Below, piece by piece: positions 1 through 23,834 of a stretch of DNA of 64,000 nucleotides (the first letter of the stretch is position 1; every line of letters starts with the position of its first letter). Under the pieces are notes generated by a model. That model was not told where the DNA came from. It searched no databases and was given only the letters and a program-made list of their open reading frames with translations. The DNA lies in NCBI RefSeq assembly GCF_009914755.1, contig NC_060930.1, one strand, 5' to 3'. The position numbers and the translations under genes were made by a program. The stretch is from the human T2T-CHM13v2.0 reference genome, Homo sapiens.

Positions 1-419
1 ATGTTGGCCAGGTTGGTCTCGAACTCCTGACCTTCAGGTGATCCACCTGCCTTGGTCTCCCAAAGTGCTGGAATTACAGGTGTGAGCCACCACACCCAGC
101 CTCTCCATTAATTTGTATATCTGCCACCTGGGGACCCACTGTAAAATAAATACTACTGTTCCTTTATGGATAGTACTGTATTGTTTTCACACTTGATTTC
201 ATTAATTCCAGTTAACGTATACCAACCTTTGTGCTCAAGATCTAGAACAATAAACTCTTCACTTTGGAAGACAGTTTAATCTCCATGTACTGAAAACCAC
301 TAATTTTACAGGTGAGAAACTGTGGGAATGACTGAGTGATTTGCCCAGTGCTCATGTGGCTAAAGATCAAGCCTGCCCGCCCACCTTATGACTTCCATTT
401 TTTGCCTTTAGCGAGTAAA

Positions 420-635
420 GCAGTAGGGATTAAAAGTGTATGTTCTAGAGCCAGACTAGCTGGGTTCCAAGCCCAACTCTTAATATTTAATAGCTATGTG
501 ACCTGAGGCATATTAAACTCTTTAAGTCTTAGCTTCTTTATTTGCAAAATGAGGATAATATTCCTCATTTATAAAATTATGACAAATAAGTTAATATACG
601 TATTCTAAATTATTTACATTGTTTAAGTATTAGCT
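420..635 (+). mobile_element. MIR SINE fragment
   Basis: Core ...ctagctgggttccaagccc...tagctatgtgacctgaggc...tttgcaaaatgaggataat matches the MIR core as recalled. Confidence 0.75.
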
Positions 636-899
636 ATCATGTTTTGTTCATTATTCTACCTTCAGGACCTAAAATAGTACCTGCACAATGACTTTGCTAA
701 ATGAATAATTGAATGGATAAAGGGTAAGCTGCTTCCCTATGCCATCATTGACTAGTTGACTTAAAAAAATTTTTTTAACATATATTTTTGTGGAAGGATG
801 GTTCTCACTGTCAGACATCAATAGGTTAGTTTGAGTTGCAGAAGGTAAATGAAAATTGTAGGTAGGACTACTTTTAAGATTTTTGATCTACATTAATAT

Positions 900-2177
<1,278 letters not shown>

Positions 2178-2339
2178 GCTGGGCAGGGCATGGTGGCTCA
2201 TGCCTATAAATTCCAGCACTTCAGAAGCCCACGGTGGGAGGCTTGCTTGAGGCCAGGCATTTGAGACCAGCCTGGGCAGTATAGCAAGACCCCCATCTCT
2301 ATTTAAAAATTAAAAAAAACGGCTGGGCATAGCGACTCA

Positions 2340-2842
<503 letters not shown>

Positions 2843-3016
2843 ACATAGAGAGGGAATCTGGGAATGGAGTCTGCTTCTCCTCAAGTACATATATTTCACT
2901 GACATTGTCTTCAGTTTTAACTATGAAAACCTGCCCTTGGGTATTAAAAATCATTCTATAATTCATATGTTTTCCAGCCGTCTTCCTAATGTGCCTTGGT
3001 CTTTCTTCTTTTCTAG

Positions 3017-3286
<270 letters not shown>

Positions 3287-4115
3287 TGATCCACCCACCT
3301 CGGCCTCACAAAGTGCTGGGATTACAGGTGGGAATCACCCCACCCAGCTTTTTTATTTTTTCTTTCTTTCTTTCAAAGAAAAGGTCTCATTCTGTCGCTT
3401 AGTCTACAGTGCAGTAGCATGATCATAGCTCACTATAACCTCCAACTCCTGGGCTCGAGGGATTCGCCTGCCTTAGCCTCCTAAGTAGCTGGGACTACAG
3501 GCCCACACCACCATACCTAGCTACTTGCTTGATTTTTTAAAGTTTGCCTGGGAGTGAGGGGTTCACCCAGGCCCTGGTAGAGGTAGGGAACATCCTTAAA
3601 CATCGTTGCCTTGATGTCTACTTAGCAAATAAAGAATGACGTTTTCATGTGGCCTAATCAGAAGAGTTGGTCACACTTATAACTAGGACTGGCTTAAAGA
3701 CAAGTAGGGGATGGTAAGGGCTGAAGGAACTCATTGAGAACAGAGACATGCCTCTGTTTCTTTATCATCCAACCATTAATCCATCCCCTCTTTCAGTAAT
3801 TATAGTGTTTACTGATCTCAGACCCAGACAAGAACCATTCTACATGTTTTATACATATTAACTAATTTAATTCTTACAGTTACTATAAGGGTAAATACTG
3901 TTAATATCCCCAGTTTATAAATGAGAAAAGTTATGGCCTGGTGTAGTGGCTCACACCTGTAATCCCAGCACTTTGGGAGGACAAGGTGGGTGGATCACCT
4001 AAGGTCAGGCGTTCAAGACTAGCCTGGCCAATATGGTGAAACCCCATCTCTACTAAAAATACAAAAAAAAAAAAAAAAAGCAGGGCGTGGTGGCAGGTGC
4101 CTGTAATCCCAGCTA

Positions 4116-4220
<105 letters not shown>

Positions 4221-5031
4221 TTATTATTTAAAATAATAATAATAATAAAATAAATGAGAAACCTGATAAGCACCTATTAAGCATTATTGTTCAGTGGTCT
4301 TTGAGAATGATCAGATAACCGTTATAGGGTCAGATAATGCAGTTTACAAAAAAAGCTATGATAGTGGCTCACACCTGTAATCCCAGCACTTTGGGAGGCT
4401 GAGGCAGGCAGATCACAAGGTCAGAAGTTGGAGACCAGCCTGGCCAATATGGTAAAACCCTGTCTCTACTGAAAATACAAAAATTAGCTGGGCCTGGTGG
4501 TGGGTGCCTGTAGTCCCAGCTACTCGGAGGCTGAGGCAGAAGAATTGCTTTAACCCGGGAGGCGGAGTTGCAGTGAGCCGAGATAGCACCACTGCACTTG
4601 AGCCTGGGCAACAGAGTGAGACTCCATCTAAAAAAAAAAAAAAAAGCTGTGATAATTTTCCAAATCATTTTTGAAATGTAATGATGATAGGACAGTATTT
4701 AAGCAAAATTACATATACTGTTTTAGGATTATGGAAAGTGTTGTTGCCATATAAATTACACATTTTAAGATAAAGTCAGTGCTAAACAGGAGAAATAAAG
4801 TGCTGTGGCTACAGGAAGGACACTGGGGGAATGGGAAGAACACAGTATTGGGTTTGGAGAGACTTGGCACTGAATCAGGTCTCTGTTCGTCACGAGTTCT
4901 GTGATCTTGGGCAAAGTGCATGAGCTTGAGTTTCTATAATTCTGAGTAAGAGTAATGAAGCCTCTGGAGGTCTTGTGAATTCCCCACATTGAGCTGTGCC
5001 CTTCTCTGTGCTTTCCCATCACTCTTTGTGA

Positions 5032-5304
<273 letters not shown>

Positions 5305-5430
5305 TGAACTCCCGACCTTAAATGATCCAACTACCTCGACCTCCCACAGTCCTGAGATTACAGGCATGAGCCCCCATGCCTGGCCAGAAAGTACCTTTTT
5401 TAAAAAATTAACTTTTTGTTTTGTTTTTAG

Positions 5431-5592
<162 letters not shown>

Positions 5593-6277
5593 TAGAGATA
5601 GGGGTCTCACTGTGTTGCCCAGGCTAGCCTCGAATTCCTGGGTTCCAGCGATCCTCCCACCTCAGCCTCACAAAGTGCTGGGATTACAGGCGTGGGCCAC
5701 CATGCCCATTACAGGCATGAATAAGCCACAATGCCCACTTGTCTTAGTTTGTAAATATACATGAATTGTAGTGAATATTAGATAATTATCTCCTTTGTCC
5801 CTTGACCCATAGGCCTCAAGAAAGCAAGGACCAGACAGATAATGGTTCACCACTAGATTGCACCTGGGGAATCCTCATAGAGAATATGGGTCTTGAAAGA
5901 TATCAAGAGGCGGGGCGTGGTGGCTCACACCTGTAATCCCAGCACTTTGGGAGGCTGAGGCAAGTGGATCACCTGAGGTCGGGAGTTTGAGACCAGCCTG
6001 ACCAACATGGAGAAACCCTGTCTCTACTAAAAATACAAAATACAAAATTAGCCGGGTATAGTAGCAAGTACCTGTAATCCCAGCCACTCAGGAGGCTGAG
6101 GCAGGAGAATCGCTTGAACCTGAGAGGCAGAGGTTGCAGTGAGCCCAGATCATGCCTCTGCACTTCAGCCTGGGTGAAAGAGGGAGACTCCACCTAAAAA
6201 AAAATAAAAAATAAAAAAAGAGATGTGAATTCATGGCTTGTTTAAGGAAAACTGAGTAGTCCTGTGTGGTTCTAGAA

Positions 6278-7234
<957 letters not shown>

Positions 7235-7370
7235 GCTCTAGAAAAAATAAAGCTAGGTACACAGTTTGAGGCTCTATCATGGGACTCCAAGTCCAGTTTT
7301 ACAATCTCCAACAGTGATTAGGACTAATAAATACTTGTGGAATAAATTTAAGCCTTGAAAAACCAGTTAA

Positions 7371-7679
<309 letters not shown>

Positions 7680-7818
7680 TAGCCAGGATGGTCTCAATCT
7701 CCTGACCTCATGATCCACCTGCCTTGGCCTCCCAAAGTGCTGGGATTACAGGCGTGAGCCACTGTGCCCAGCCATATGTCATATTTAAAAGGATTTGCAG
7801 GCTGGGTGTGGTGGCTCA

Positions 7819-8252
<434 letters not shown>

Positions 8253-8656
8253 CTGGGCATGGTGGCAGTTGCTGTAATCCCAGCTACTCCGGAGGCTGAG
8301 GCAGAGAATCGCTTGAACCCAGGAGGCAGAGGTTGCAGTGAGCCAAGATCGCACCACTGCACTCCAGCCTGGGTGACAGAGCGAGGATCCATCTCAAAAT
8401 AAAATAAAATAAAATAAAATAAAATAAAATAAAATAAAGGATTTTGCTCAGCCGGGTGGGGTGGCTCACGCCTGTGATCCCAGCACTTTGGGAGGCGGAG
8501 GTGAGAGGACTGCTTGAGCCCAGGAGTTTGAGACCAGCCTGGGCAACATAGCAAGACCTTGTATCTATGGGGGGAAAAATGGATTTTCCTCTAATAAGGA
8601 CCATTTTCTATTTCATGTAAGGATGGACATGTTTGAAACTTAATCCACCAGTTTAA

Positions 8657-8917
<261 letters not shown>

Positions 8918-9004
8918 TGATCCACCTGCCTCGGCCTCCCAAAGCACTGGGATTACAGGCGTGAGCTACCGCTCCCAGCTAAAATCTTTTTAATTTTAAT
9001 TTAA

Positions 9005-9205
<201 letters not shown>

Positions 9206-9481
9206 TAGCCAGGCTGGTCTTGATCTTCTGACCTCATGATCTGCCTGCCTCAGCCTCCCAAAGTGCTGGGATTACAGGCGTGAGCCACTGCGCCTGGCTT
9301 TTGATTCTTTCAGTTACATTTTCTAGGCAATTTAATTATCTTTGATTATCTTGTTTAAGCCTATTTAATTGTCTGTTAGATTTCAGGGATGGATAATGGA
9401 AACAAACAAAAAGTCTTTGCACATTTAGCTTTATTTTTTTTTTTCTGGAGACGGAGTCTGGCTCTGTCACCTAGGCTGTAG

Positions 9482-9775
<294 letters not shown>

Positions 9776-9888
9776 TAATCCCAACACTTTGGGAGGCCAT
9801 GGCAAGAGGATTGCTTGAGCTCAGGAGTTCAAGTTCAGCCTGGACAACATAGGGAGACCCTGTCTCTACAAAATATAAAAATAAATTA

Positions 9889-10023
<135 letters not shown>

Positions 10024-11264
10024 TCAAAAAATAAAATAAAATTATTTCTTGTAGTTACTAAGCATACATTTGAATTTCTGAGGTTAACAGTATGGGACTC
10101 CTTTTAGAAGTAAACAGATTACTGAATCAAAAAATAATTAACCAGGCCGGGTGCAGTGGCTCATGGCCTGTAATCCCAGCACTCTGTGAGGCTGAGGCGA
10201 GTGGATCACTTGAGCCCAGGAGTTCCAGATCAGCCTGGGCAACATGACGAAACCCCATCTTTACAAAAAAAAGTAATAGCTGGACGTGGTGGGGAGCACT
10301 TGTGGTTCCAGCTACTTGGGAGGCTGAGATGGGAGGATCACTTGAGCTCTCGGGGCAGAGGTTTCAGTGAGCCATGACTGTGCCAGTGCACTCCAGTCTG
10401 GGTGACAGAGCGAGACCCTGTCTCAAAATAAAATAAAATAAAATAAAATAACCAAAATGTACAGCTATTAATATAGAAAAGGCACAATATCAAGCTGAAA
10501 ATAGCAAATGAGTTCAAGAGTAGGGAATAACTACAGTAGGACTGTTTGTGCAAAAAAGAAAAAAGAGGGTATAATGCTGTGCGTATCACTCAAGAGTTTC
10601 CAAAGGATAGTATTAGAGATTGTAAAACACTATTAAGATACAGTCACTAATTTCTACTTTAGTCAATCTTTTGCCTTATTTTGTTTAAAAAAAATGGACA
10701 TCTTAAGGTTAAAACTCTTAATAAAGTCACAGAGCTTTTCTTTTATAATGCTCAATTAGAAGTTAAGGAGAGGCCAGGCATGGTGACTCTCAAGCCTGTA
10801 ATCCTAGCACTTTAGGAGGCTGAGGCGAGCAGATCACTTGAGCCCAAGAGTTCGAGACCAGCCTGGGCAACATAGTGAGACCCCGTCTGAAAAAAAAAAA
10901 CCCAAAAAATTAAAAAGAAAAATAAAAGAAGTTAAGGGGGAAAGTTTTTAATCAGAATGCATAGCTGGTTGGTAGGAAGTCAAGACAGCCTTGTAATACT
11001 GTCTAAAGCCCAGAGTATTGAAATGCAAATGTCTGCATTGAAACAACTGATCTCAACATAAGTGTGATTGCTTTGTTCTGGGTTATGGCTATTCCTATGT
11101 TGTCTTTTTTAGGATTTATAAGTGACCCTGTGTACTGTTTGAAGATTTGTGTGAGAGGCTGGGCGTGGTGGCTGACACCTGTAATCCCAGCACTTTGGGA
11201 GGCCGAGGCAGGCAGATCATGAGGTCAGGAGTTCAAGACTAGCTTGGCCAACATGGTGAAACTA

Positions 11265-11435
<171 letters not shown>

Positions 11436-11764
11436 CTAAAAAAAAAAAAAAAAGAAAGAGAAAAAGAAAAGAAAGAAAAAAAAAGATTCATGTGAGAGCA
11501 AATGAAAACACTTGACACTTCACAAATCAAAACACTAGTTTTATTACAGAAGGCTGCCTTAATGCTAGAAGGCTAGAAGGCAATCAACAGGAATGATCAG
11601 CCCAAGACTGGAGAAGATAGAGCTGCATGGAGAATAGGCAAATGTTTGCATCGTTCTCATAGATACTGGGCTTCTTTTACACTAGACATTCCATAATTAG
11701 TTATATAAGTGGCTATTTTTAGAGCCAGGTCTGCTTGTTACAGAGGGTTTTCTTTTCTTCTTAG

Positions 11765-12325
<561 letters not shown>

Positions 12326-13450
12326 TGAGAAGCTGGGACTACAGATGCACACCACCCCACCTGGCTTATTTTCTTTTCTTTCTTTCTTTTTTTTTTTTTT
12401 TTTGTAGAGATGGGGTCTTGCTGTGTTGTCCAGGCTGGTCTTGAACTCCTGGGCTCAAACAATCCTCCTGCCTCAGCCTCCAGAGTCAATTTGCAGACAT
12501 TCTTACATCTCCTTCTCTACCTCTACACCTCTTTTCAACAAAATCCCTATTCTTGTTTCATTAGGACTACGTTAGGACTACAAAAAAATCCCTATTCTTG
12601 CTGAAGTCAGGAGTCTTTTTTTTTTTTTTTTTTTTCTTGAGATGGAGTTTCGCTCTTTTTGCCTAGGCTGGAGTGCAATGGCATGATCTTGGCCCACTGC
12701 AATCTCTGACTCCCAGGTTCAGGCGATTCTCCCGCCTCAGACTCCCAAGTAGGTGGGATTACAGGCGTGTGCCACCACCCCAGGCTAATTTTTGTATTTT
12801 TAGTAGAGATGGGGTTTCACCATGTTGGCCAGGCTGGTCTTGAACTCCTGACTTCAGGTGATCCACACATCTTGACCTCCCAGAGTGCTGGGATTACAGG
12901 TGTGAACCACCACACCCGGCCAGGAGTCTTTTAAAAAGTCAATCAATTAATCAATGAAGGTCAGGCTCAGTGGTTCACACCTGTAATCCCAACACTTTGC
13001 GGGGCCAAGGGAAAAGGCTCGTTTGAGACTGAGGGTTGGAAACCAGCCTGGGCAACATCGTGATACATCACCTCCACAAAAAAAAAAAAAATTAGCTGGG
13101 CGGGGTGGCACGCTGTAGTCCCATCTACTTGGGAGTCTGAGGTGGGAGGATCACTTGAGCCTGGGATGTCGACACTGCAGTGAGCTGTGATTGTACCACT
13201 GGGCAACTCCAGCCTGGGCAACAGAGCAAGACATTGTCTCAAGAAAAAAAAAATGAGTGCATTTTATGATATGTAAATTGCACCTCAATAAGTTGATTTT
13301 TAAAGATCAAAGTGTCTCAACTACTCATCCCTCTTCCCAAATCATTTTATTTCTTTTGGCAGGATACTGTTAAAATACCAAATTCTTGGCCGAATGCGGT
13401 GGCTCACACCTGTAGTCCCAGCACTTTGGGAGGCCGAGATGGGTGGATCA

Positions 13451-13709
<259 letters not shown>

Positions 13710-14859
13710 TCAGGTCATTAAGTTACCATGTGTTTATATGTGCATAAAAGCATACTATCCACACATATGCACAAAATTTAATTGAACTCACTGGGCCTCC
13801 AGTTATGTTTTAGTGACATATAATGACTATATTTGGCCTGGTGCAGTGGCTCATGTCTGTAATCCTAGCACTTTGAAGGGCCAAGGTGGGTGGATTACTT
13901 GAGCTCAGGAGCTCGATACCAGCCTGGGCAACATGGCGAAACCCTGTCCTCTACTAAAAATACCCCCAAAAATTAGCCAGATGTGGTGACACATACCTGT
14001 AGTACCAGCTACTCAGGAGGCTGAGGTGGGAGGATCGCTTGAGCCCAGGAGGCGGAAGTTGCAGTGAACCAAGATCGTGCCACATCACTCCAGCTTGGGT
14101 GACAGAGTGAGATCCCCATCTCAAAAAAAAAAAAAAAAAAGACAATATTGTTTGAAATCACATTACCAGTTTTTGGACCCAAAAGCTGAAACGGCCTCTT
14201 TTGAATCAACAGTAATAGAAAAGAAATTCTTAGAATCCTGTAGAAAGAGGGAAATAGCATTCATATTCTTCTCACCACTACTCCATTTCTCCCAGTTCCT
14301 GATTTATGTATTGTGTGGTGTTTTGTTTTGTTGTGTGTTTTTGTCCTGGTACTGATTGTTTTGTTTTGTGGTTTGTGATTGTGAAACTTGAGTTTGAGAA
14401 TTGAAAAGAAATTGATTACTAACTCAAGATAGAATAAAAATAACCCTAAAGATTGAGCTTGAAGAGGTCAAATATTTTTTCTTCCTTCTGTGCTATAAAC
14501 AAAGTGCAAGGGCAGGTACATTCCTTGTAGAAAATCATCAAACTTTTGAAATAGCCCAAAGATAACTATTTTTTTTCTTTTTGAGACAAAGTCTTGCTCT
14601 GTCACCCAGGCTGGAGTGCAGTGGCACTGTCTTGGCTCACTGCAACTTCTGCCTTATGGGTTCAAGTGATTCTCCTGCCTCAGCCTCCTGAGTAGCTAAT
14701 ATTTTTGTATTTGCAGTAGAGGTGGGGTTTCACCATGTTGGCCAGGCTGGTCTTGAATGCCTGACCTCAAGTGATCTGCCTGCCTCCCAAAGTGCTGGAA
14801 TTACTGGTGTGAGCCACCACACCCAGCCTGATAACTTTTTTTCTCCCTGGGAGGTGGCA

Positions 14860-15120
14860 AGGTTTATCGCGATAAGATACATAACATAATGTCCATCATT
14901 TGAACCACTCACAAGTGTACAATTCAGTGGCTAAACTATATCCACAATGTTGTGTAATTATCACTATCTATACCTAAAATTTTTTATCATCCCTGACAAA
15001 AACTTTGTACCCATTAACTAACAACTCTCTTAGACAAGGTGGTGGAAATTAAACAAAACAAAACAAAACAAAAACCTCTCCCTTCCCACTCCCCATAGTC
15101 CCTGGTAGACTCTCCTCTAC
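14860..15120 (-). mobile_element. L1MB-type 3' end fragment
   Basis: aagtgtacaattcagtggc...cacaatgttgtgtaattatcacta...aactttgtacccatta, an antisense L1MB terminus. Confidence 0.75.
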
Positions 15121-16151
15121 CAGAGTGTTTTAAATATTTGATTTTTTTTTTTTTTAAGACAGAGTCTCGCTCTGTTACCCAGTCTGGAGTGCAGTGACGC
15201 TATCTTGGCTCACGGCAACCTCTGCCTCCCAGGTTCAAGTGACTCTCGTGCCTCAGTCTTCTGAGTAGCTGGGATTACAGGTGCATGCCACGAGGCCCAG
15301 TTAATTTTTGTAGTTTTAGTAGAGATGGGGTTTCAGCACGTTGGCCAGGCTGGTCTCAAACTCCTGACCTCAAGTGATCCACACGCCTTGTCCTCCCAGA
15401 GTGCTGGGATTACAGACATGAGCTACCGAGCCCAGCCCTTCTGCTCTTTATTAATACGCTTGTTTTTACAGAGGTCTTTATAGCTTATTTAGGCCCCCTG
15501 AATTTCACAAGTTGTGAACACTTCAACATTTCGTTAGACTGTCAAGTCCTATTCGTGTCTGAACAGTGATAGTACTGATTAAAAAAAATAAGATCTTATG
15601 CTAACAAGTTATTATTCTTTAAGATAAAACTACAAACTCTACCTTAATTAACAGCCTTGCTATTCTTTTCCAAAGCTCTTTTTGAAGTTACGCACCCTAC
15701 TGGTCACATGTGAGGCATTATCTCATTCTCTGTACTTCCCAAATCCAATCCATTCATAGTTTGTCCTTCTCAGTAACTTAACTTATGCCTTCATCAGTAT
15801 TAAACTATTCCAGTCCACGAAAAGTAGTTTTGTAAAGACCTAATGAAATAGCTAGGGTTTTATTTTTTATTTTTATTTTTTAAGCTAAAACATTACTCAA
15901 TTTGTGTGGCCATGTTGCAACTGTGAGAGTTTTGGCGAGTCAATATTAGCTCACGGGTAACATTCATTAAAATTCAAACCAGTTGTTAACTTGGAAAACA
16001 GCAATGCAATAATACAGCCACTTGGAGTTTACTCCCTGTTCAGTGCTGTCCTGAGTTCCCAGGGGATACAAAAGGATCACACTGGCCAGGTGTGGAGGCT
16101 CACACCTGTAATCCTAGCACTTTGGCAGGCCAAGGTGGATGGATCACCCTA

Positions 16152-16501
<350 letters not shown>

Positions 16502-19145
16502 TTATAAATTATTTAGTCCTTACAGCTATTAAATAAGATAGGTATTATAACCACTTCACAGATAAGAGAACAGAGGCTTTGAGAAATTAAGAAACTTGCT
16601 TAAGATAGCAACCCACAAGTGACTGCCTGGATCCAAAGCAAATTCTTTTTTTTTTAAAATAAATTTAAAAAAAATAGAGATGGGGTCTCGCTATATTGAC
16701 CAGGCTTGTTTTAAACTCCTGGCCTCAAGAGATCCTCCCATCTCAGCCTTCCAAAGTGCTGGAACTACAGGCATGAGCCATCATGCCTGGCCTCCAAAGC
16801 AAATTCTTTTCCCCCCTCCACCACTCAGATTATCTGGTCCACTCTCCTCCATTTAAGAAATAAAGAGTTAGCATGGGGAAAGCAACTTATTTTCTTCCTA
16901 ATTTATAACAATGGCTGTTGTTAAAATCAGTTTAACAAGAATAATGTGCTTAAGCAAAAAGGTCATGCTGATGTAAGAAGCTCATACCAGACAATTCATT
17001 CATAAGAATATGTTTTGCATGGGGTAAATGCTATAAAGAAAAAACATTTAAACTAAAATTTAAAATATTTAATCTAAATTTAACTTAAATTTTTAAAATT
17101 TTGCATTTAACTCTAAAGTTATTTTAAAAGTAAAGCTACAGTGCTAGAATCTACCAAGGAAGGTAGATATAATTGTGATTTGGTGCCTATCATGCTTGCA
17201 GAGATCATTTAAGTCAGTCCCCAGAAGACCATGTCATCCAGGCCTCCAAGGTTTGTTTCTGGCAGACTAGGAAGAAACCAGAATGTCTCATACTTAGATT
17301 TGCAAAAGGGGTAGCTCATTTAATTAAAGTTCCTGTTGGTCAGCACTGATAATGTCATCAATAGGTCAAGGCCAGGCTGCCACCAGGGTATTCAACATGT
17401 AGGCCCATGCCAAAATATGCCAAAATTCCTAGGACTTAGAATGGAAGGTGGAGAGAGCATTAGCATCCCCTAAAGAGCTTTGTCCAGAGATTCAGTGAGA
17501 TTAGGAAATGATAACATAGACACAAAAAAAGTAAGGGGGAAACTTGCCTAGGATGATCAGCAAAACAACCAATTAATCAAGATTATGATAGGATGTTGTG
17601 ATTGACGGTTACACATAACAAAGTACTTAGGATTATTTCTAAAAATAAATCTTATCCTGTGTGAGTGTATAATGGGAACTTTCTGAACTATCTTTGCAAA
17701 TTTTCTGTAAATCCAAATTATTCCAAAATAATTAGAGAAAATAGTTGAAGAAAAAATCTTATCACTTCCTTGATGGGATTAAAGAGTGGAGGAGTCTGGC
17801 GGTGGAGTTAGGGGTGGAGGGTAGGGAAAGCGGGGGTGTTGGAGGGATGCACCCCCCTTCCCCAGCAATGTATTTTGGAAGCCCCAAGAAACCCACGAAA
17901 TCCTAATAGTCTTTTACTGTTAGAATGGGAAGTAAAAGCACTAAGAAGTTACCCTAAGAAGCTAACTATCCTATATGTGAACTTAAATAATCAGTATTTG
18001 TGGCTGGGCACGGTGACTCACGCCTGTAATCCCAGCACTTTGGGAGGCTGAAGCAGGAGGAACACTTGAGGTCAGGAGTTCAAGACCAGCCTGCTCAACA
18101 TGGTGAAACCCGGACTCTACTAAAAAAATACAAAAATTAACTTGTTGTGGTGATAGGTGCCTGAAGTCCCAGCTACTAGCAGGCTGAGGGAGGAGAATCG
18201 CTTGAATTTGGGAGGCAGAGGTTGCAGTGAACCAAGATTGTGCTACTGCACTCCAGCCTGAGTGACAGAGCGAGACTTGGTCTCAAAAGAAAAAAAAATT
18301 GCATTAAATAAAAATAACAGGCTGGGCATGGTGACTCATACCTGTAATCCCAGCACTTTAGGAGGCTGAGGTGTTCAGATCACTTGAGGTCAAGAGTTTG
18401 AGACCAGCCTGGCCAACATGGTGAAACCCTGTTTCTACCAAAAATTGAAAAATTAACCAGACGTTCTCGCTTGGACCCAGGAGGCAGAGGTTGAGGTGAG
18501 CTGAGATTGTGCCACTGCACTCCAGCCTGGGCAACAGAGGGAAACTCTGCCTCAAAAAAAAAAAAATAATAATAATAATCGATATTTGTTCTCACATGGA
18601 AATCCATTTTAGTTTTTGTTTCAATTTTATTTACACTGTTAGTGCAATAACTCTTTTTCAAGTTCACCTGCAAAATAGACAATTAAAAGTTACATTACAT
18701 TATTTACTTTTTTTTTTTTTTTTGAGATGGAGTCTCGCTCTGTCGCCAGCCTGGAGTGCAATAGCGCGATCTCAGCTCACTGCAACCTCTGCCTCTCAGG
18801 TTCAAGCGATTCTCCTGCCCCAGCCTCCTGAGTAGCTGGGACTACAGGCATGCACCACCACACCCAGCTAATTTTTGTATTTTTAGTAGACAAGGTTTCA
18901 CCATGTTGGCCAGGATGGTCTCGATCTCTTGACCTCGTGATCCACCCGCCTCGGCCTCCCGAAGTGCTGGGATTACAGGCATAAGCCACCACACCAGGCC
19001 ATTTACATTTTTAAACAACTGAGGCATTATAATAAGGAACGGAATAAAGTTATAGTACAGTAAAGATTTTCTAATGTCTTCAATATAAAACCAGTTTGCC
19101 TAGGAGCAAACAAGATCAGAGACAAAAACTTTCTATAGATCTTCA

Positions 19146-19358
<213 letters not shown>

Positions 19359-19474
19359 TTAAAAGTGTTTTGCCACCACCCTACACTGTTTAGCAAGGAA
19401 TGTAATACTTCTCGCCCATTTATTTAGGTATTTTCTTCCTCACACTTACGTGATTGCTAAATTTAATGCATATG

Positions 19475-20086
<612 letters not shown>

Positions 20087-20099
20087 TTTTGTAATGCAT

Positions 20100-20906
<807 letters not shown>

Positions 20907-21106
20907 GCAGTGGGTGAGGTGGCTCATGCCTATAATCCCTGTAGTTTGGGAGGCCGAGGCAGGAAGATTGATTGAGGCCAGGAGTTTGAGACCAGCCTGA
21001 GCAACATAGCAATCCCCTGTCTCTACAAAATATTTTCTAAAAAATTAGCTGGGCATGGTGGTGTGTGCCCAGCTATTCAGGAGGCTGAGGTGAGAGGACT
21101 GCTTGA

Positions 21107-21539
<433 letters not shown>

Positions 21540-21548
21540 TAAAAGTGA

Positions 21549-22027
<479 letters not shown>

Positions 22028-22235
22028 TAGACTCAAGTGATCCGCTTGCCTTGGCCTCCCAAAGTGCTGGGACTACAGGCATAAGCCACCATACTGGGTG
22101 ATCCACACTTCTTGAACTCATGTCCTCTCACAGCTGCTGCCAAGAACTCTCAAAGTCAATCACTTCACTTGGATGGATTTTTGTTGGTAGCTTTGATCTT
22201 GAGGTCGTTAGGGGGAAGCAAGCGTTTCTGCGTTA

Positions 22236-22328
<93 letters not shown>

Positions 22329-23525
22329 TCACCTGAGGTCAGGAATTTAAGACCAGCCTGACCAACATGGAGAAACCCCATCTCTACTAAAAATACCAAA
22401 TTAGCTGGGCATGGTGGCACATACCTGTAATCCCAGCTACTCAGGGAGGCTGAGGCAGGGGAATCGCTTGAACCCAGGAGGTGGAGGTTTTGGTGAGCTG
22501 ACATTGCACCATTGCACTTCAGCCTGGGCTACAAGAGTGAAACTCCGTCTCAAAAAAAAAAAAAGTTAGAAATTACAGATCTATTTCATTTATTTATTTA
22601 TTTTAATTTTATTTTATTTTATTTTATTTTATTTTATTTTATTTTATTTATTTGAGACAGAGTCTCACTCTGTCATCCAGGCTGGAGTGCAGTGGCATGA
22701 TTTCAGCTCACTGCAATCCCTGGCTCAAGCACAGATAACATTTTAAAAGCAAGTAGATACGGCCGGGTGCAGTGGCTCAGGCCTGTAATCTCAGTACTTT
22801 GGGAGGCCGAGGTGGGCGGATCACGAGGTCAGGAGTTTGTGACCAGCCTGGCTAACATGGTGACATCCCGTCTCTACTAAAAATACAAAAAATTAACTGG
22901 GTGTGGTGGCGGGCGCCTGTAATCCCAGCTACTTGGGAGGGTGAGGCAGGAGAATGGCTTAACTTGGGAGGTAGAAGTTGCAGTGAGCGGAGACTGCGCC
23001 ACTGCGCTCCAGCCTGAGTGATAGAGGGGAGACTCCATCTCAAAAAAAAAAAAAGCAAGTAGATACAACACCTTAGTTGTTGCCTTCCATTGTTACAGAT
23101 GGCTCCTCTGAGAGACGAATGTACTTGGCCTTCCTACATAGCATGATGCTTTCAACACTTGATGCTATTGAAGATGTAAATGTTTTCCATCTTCTCCCTC
23201 CCCTTTCATTTTCCTTCCTATTTCTTCCCCTGTGGTTTCTCTTTTCTCTCTCTGGTATAAAAATGCTGGAAAGTGATACACTAAAATGTTAACAGTAGTT
23301 GTCTCTAGTGAGTGTGACTGTGGATAGGTAATTTTCTTTACCTCTCCACTTTCTACTTTCACCTTTGCCAATGTTAAGTCAGTCAGCAAACTTAAAAAAA
23401 AAACAAAAAACAAAAAACAAAAAACATGTGGCCGGGCATGGTGGCTCACGCCTGTAATCTCAGCACTTTGGGAGGCCAAGGCGGGTGGATCACTTGAGGT
23501 CAGGAGTTCAAGACCACCCTGGCTA

Positions 23526-23834
<309 letters not shown>

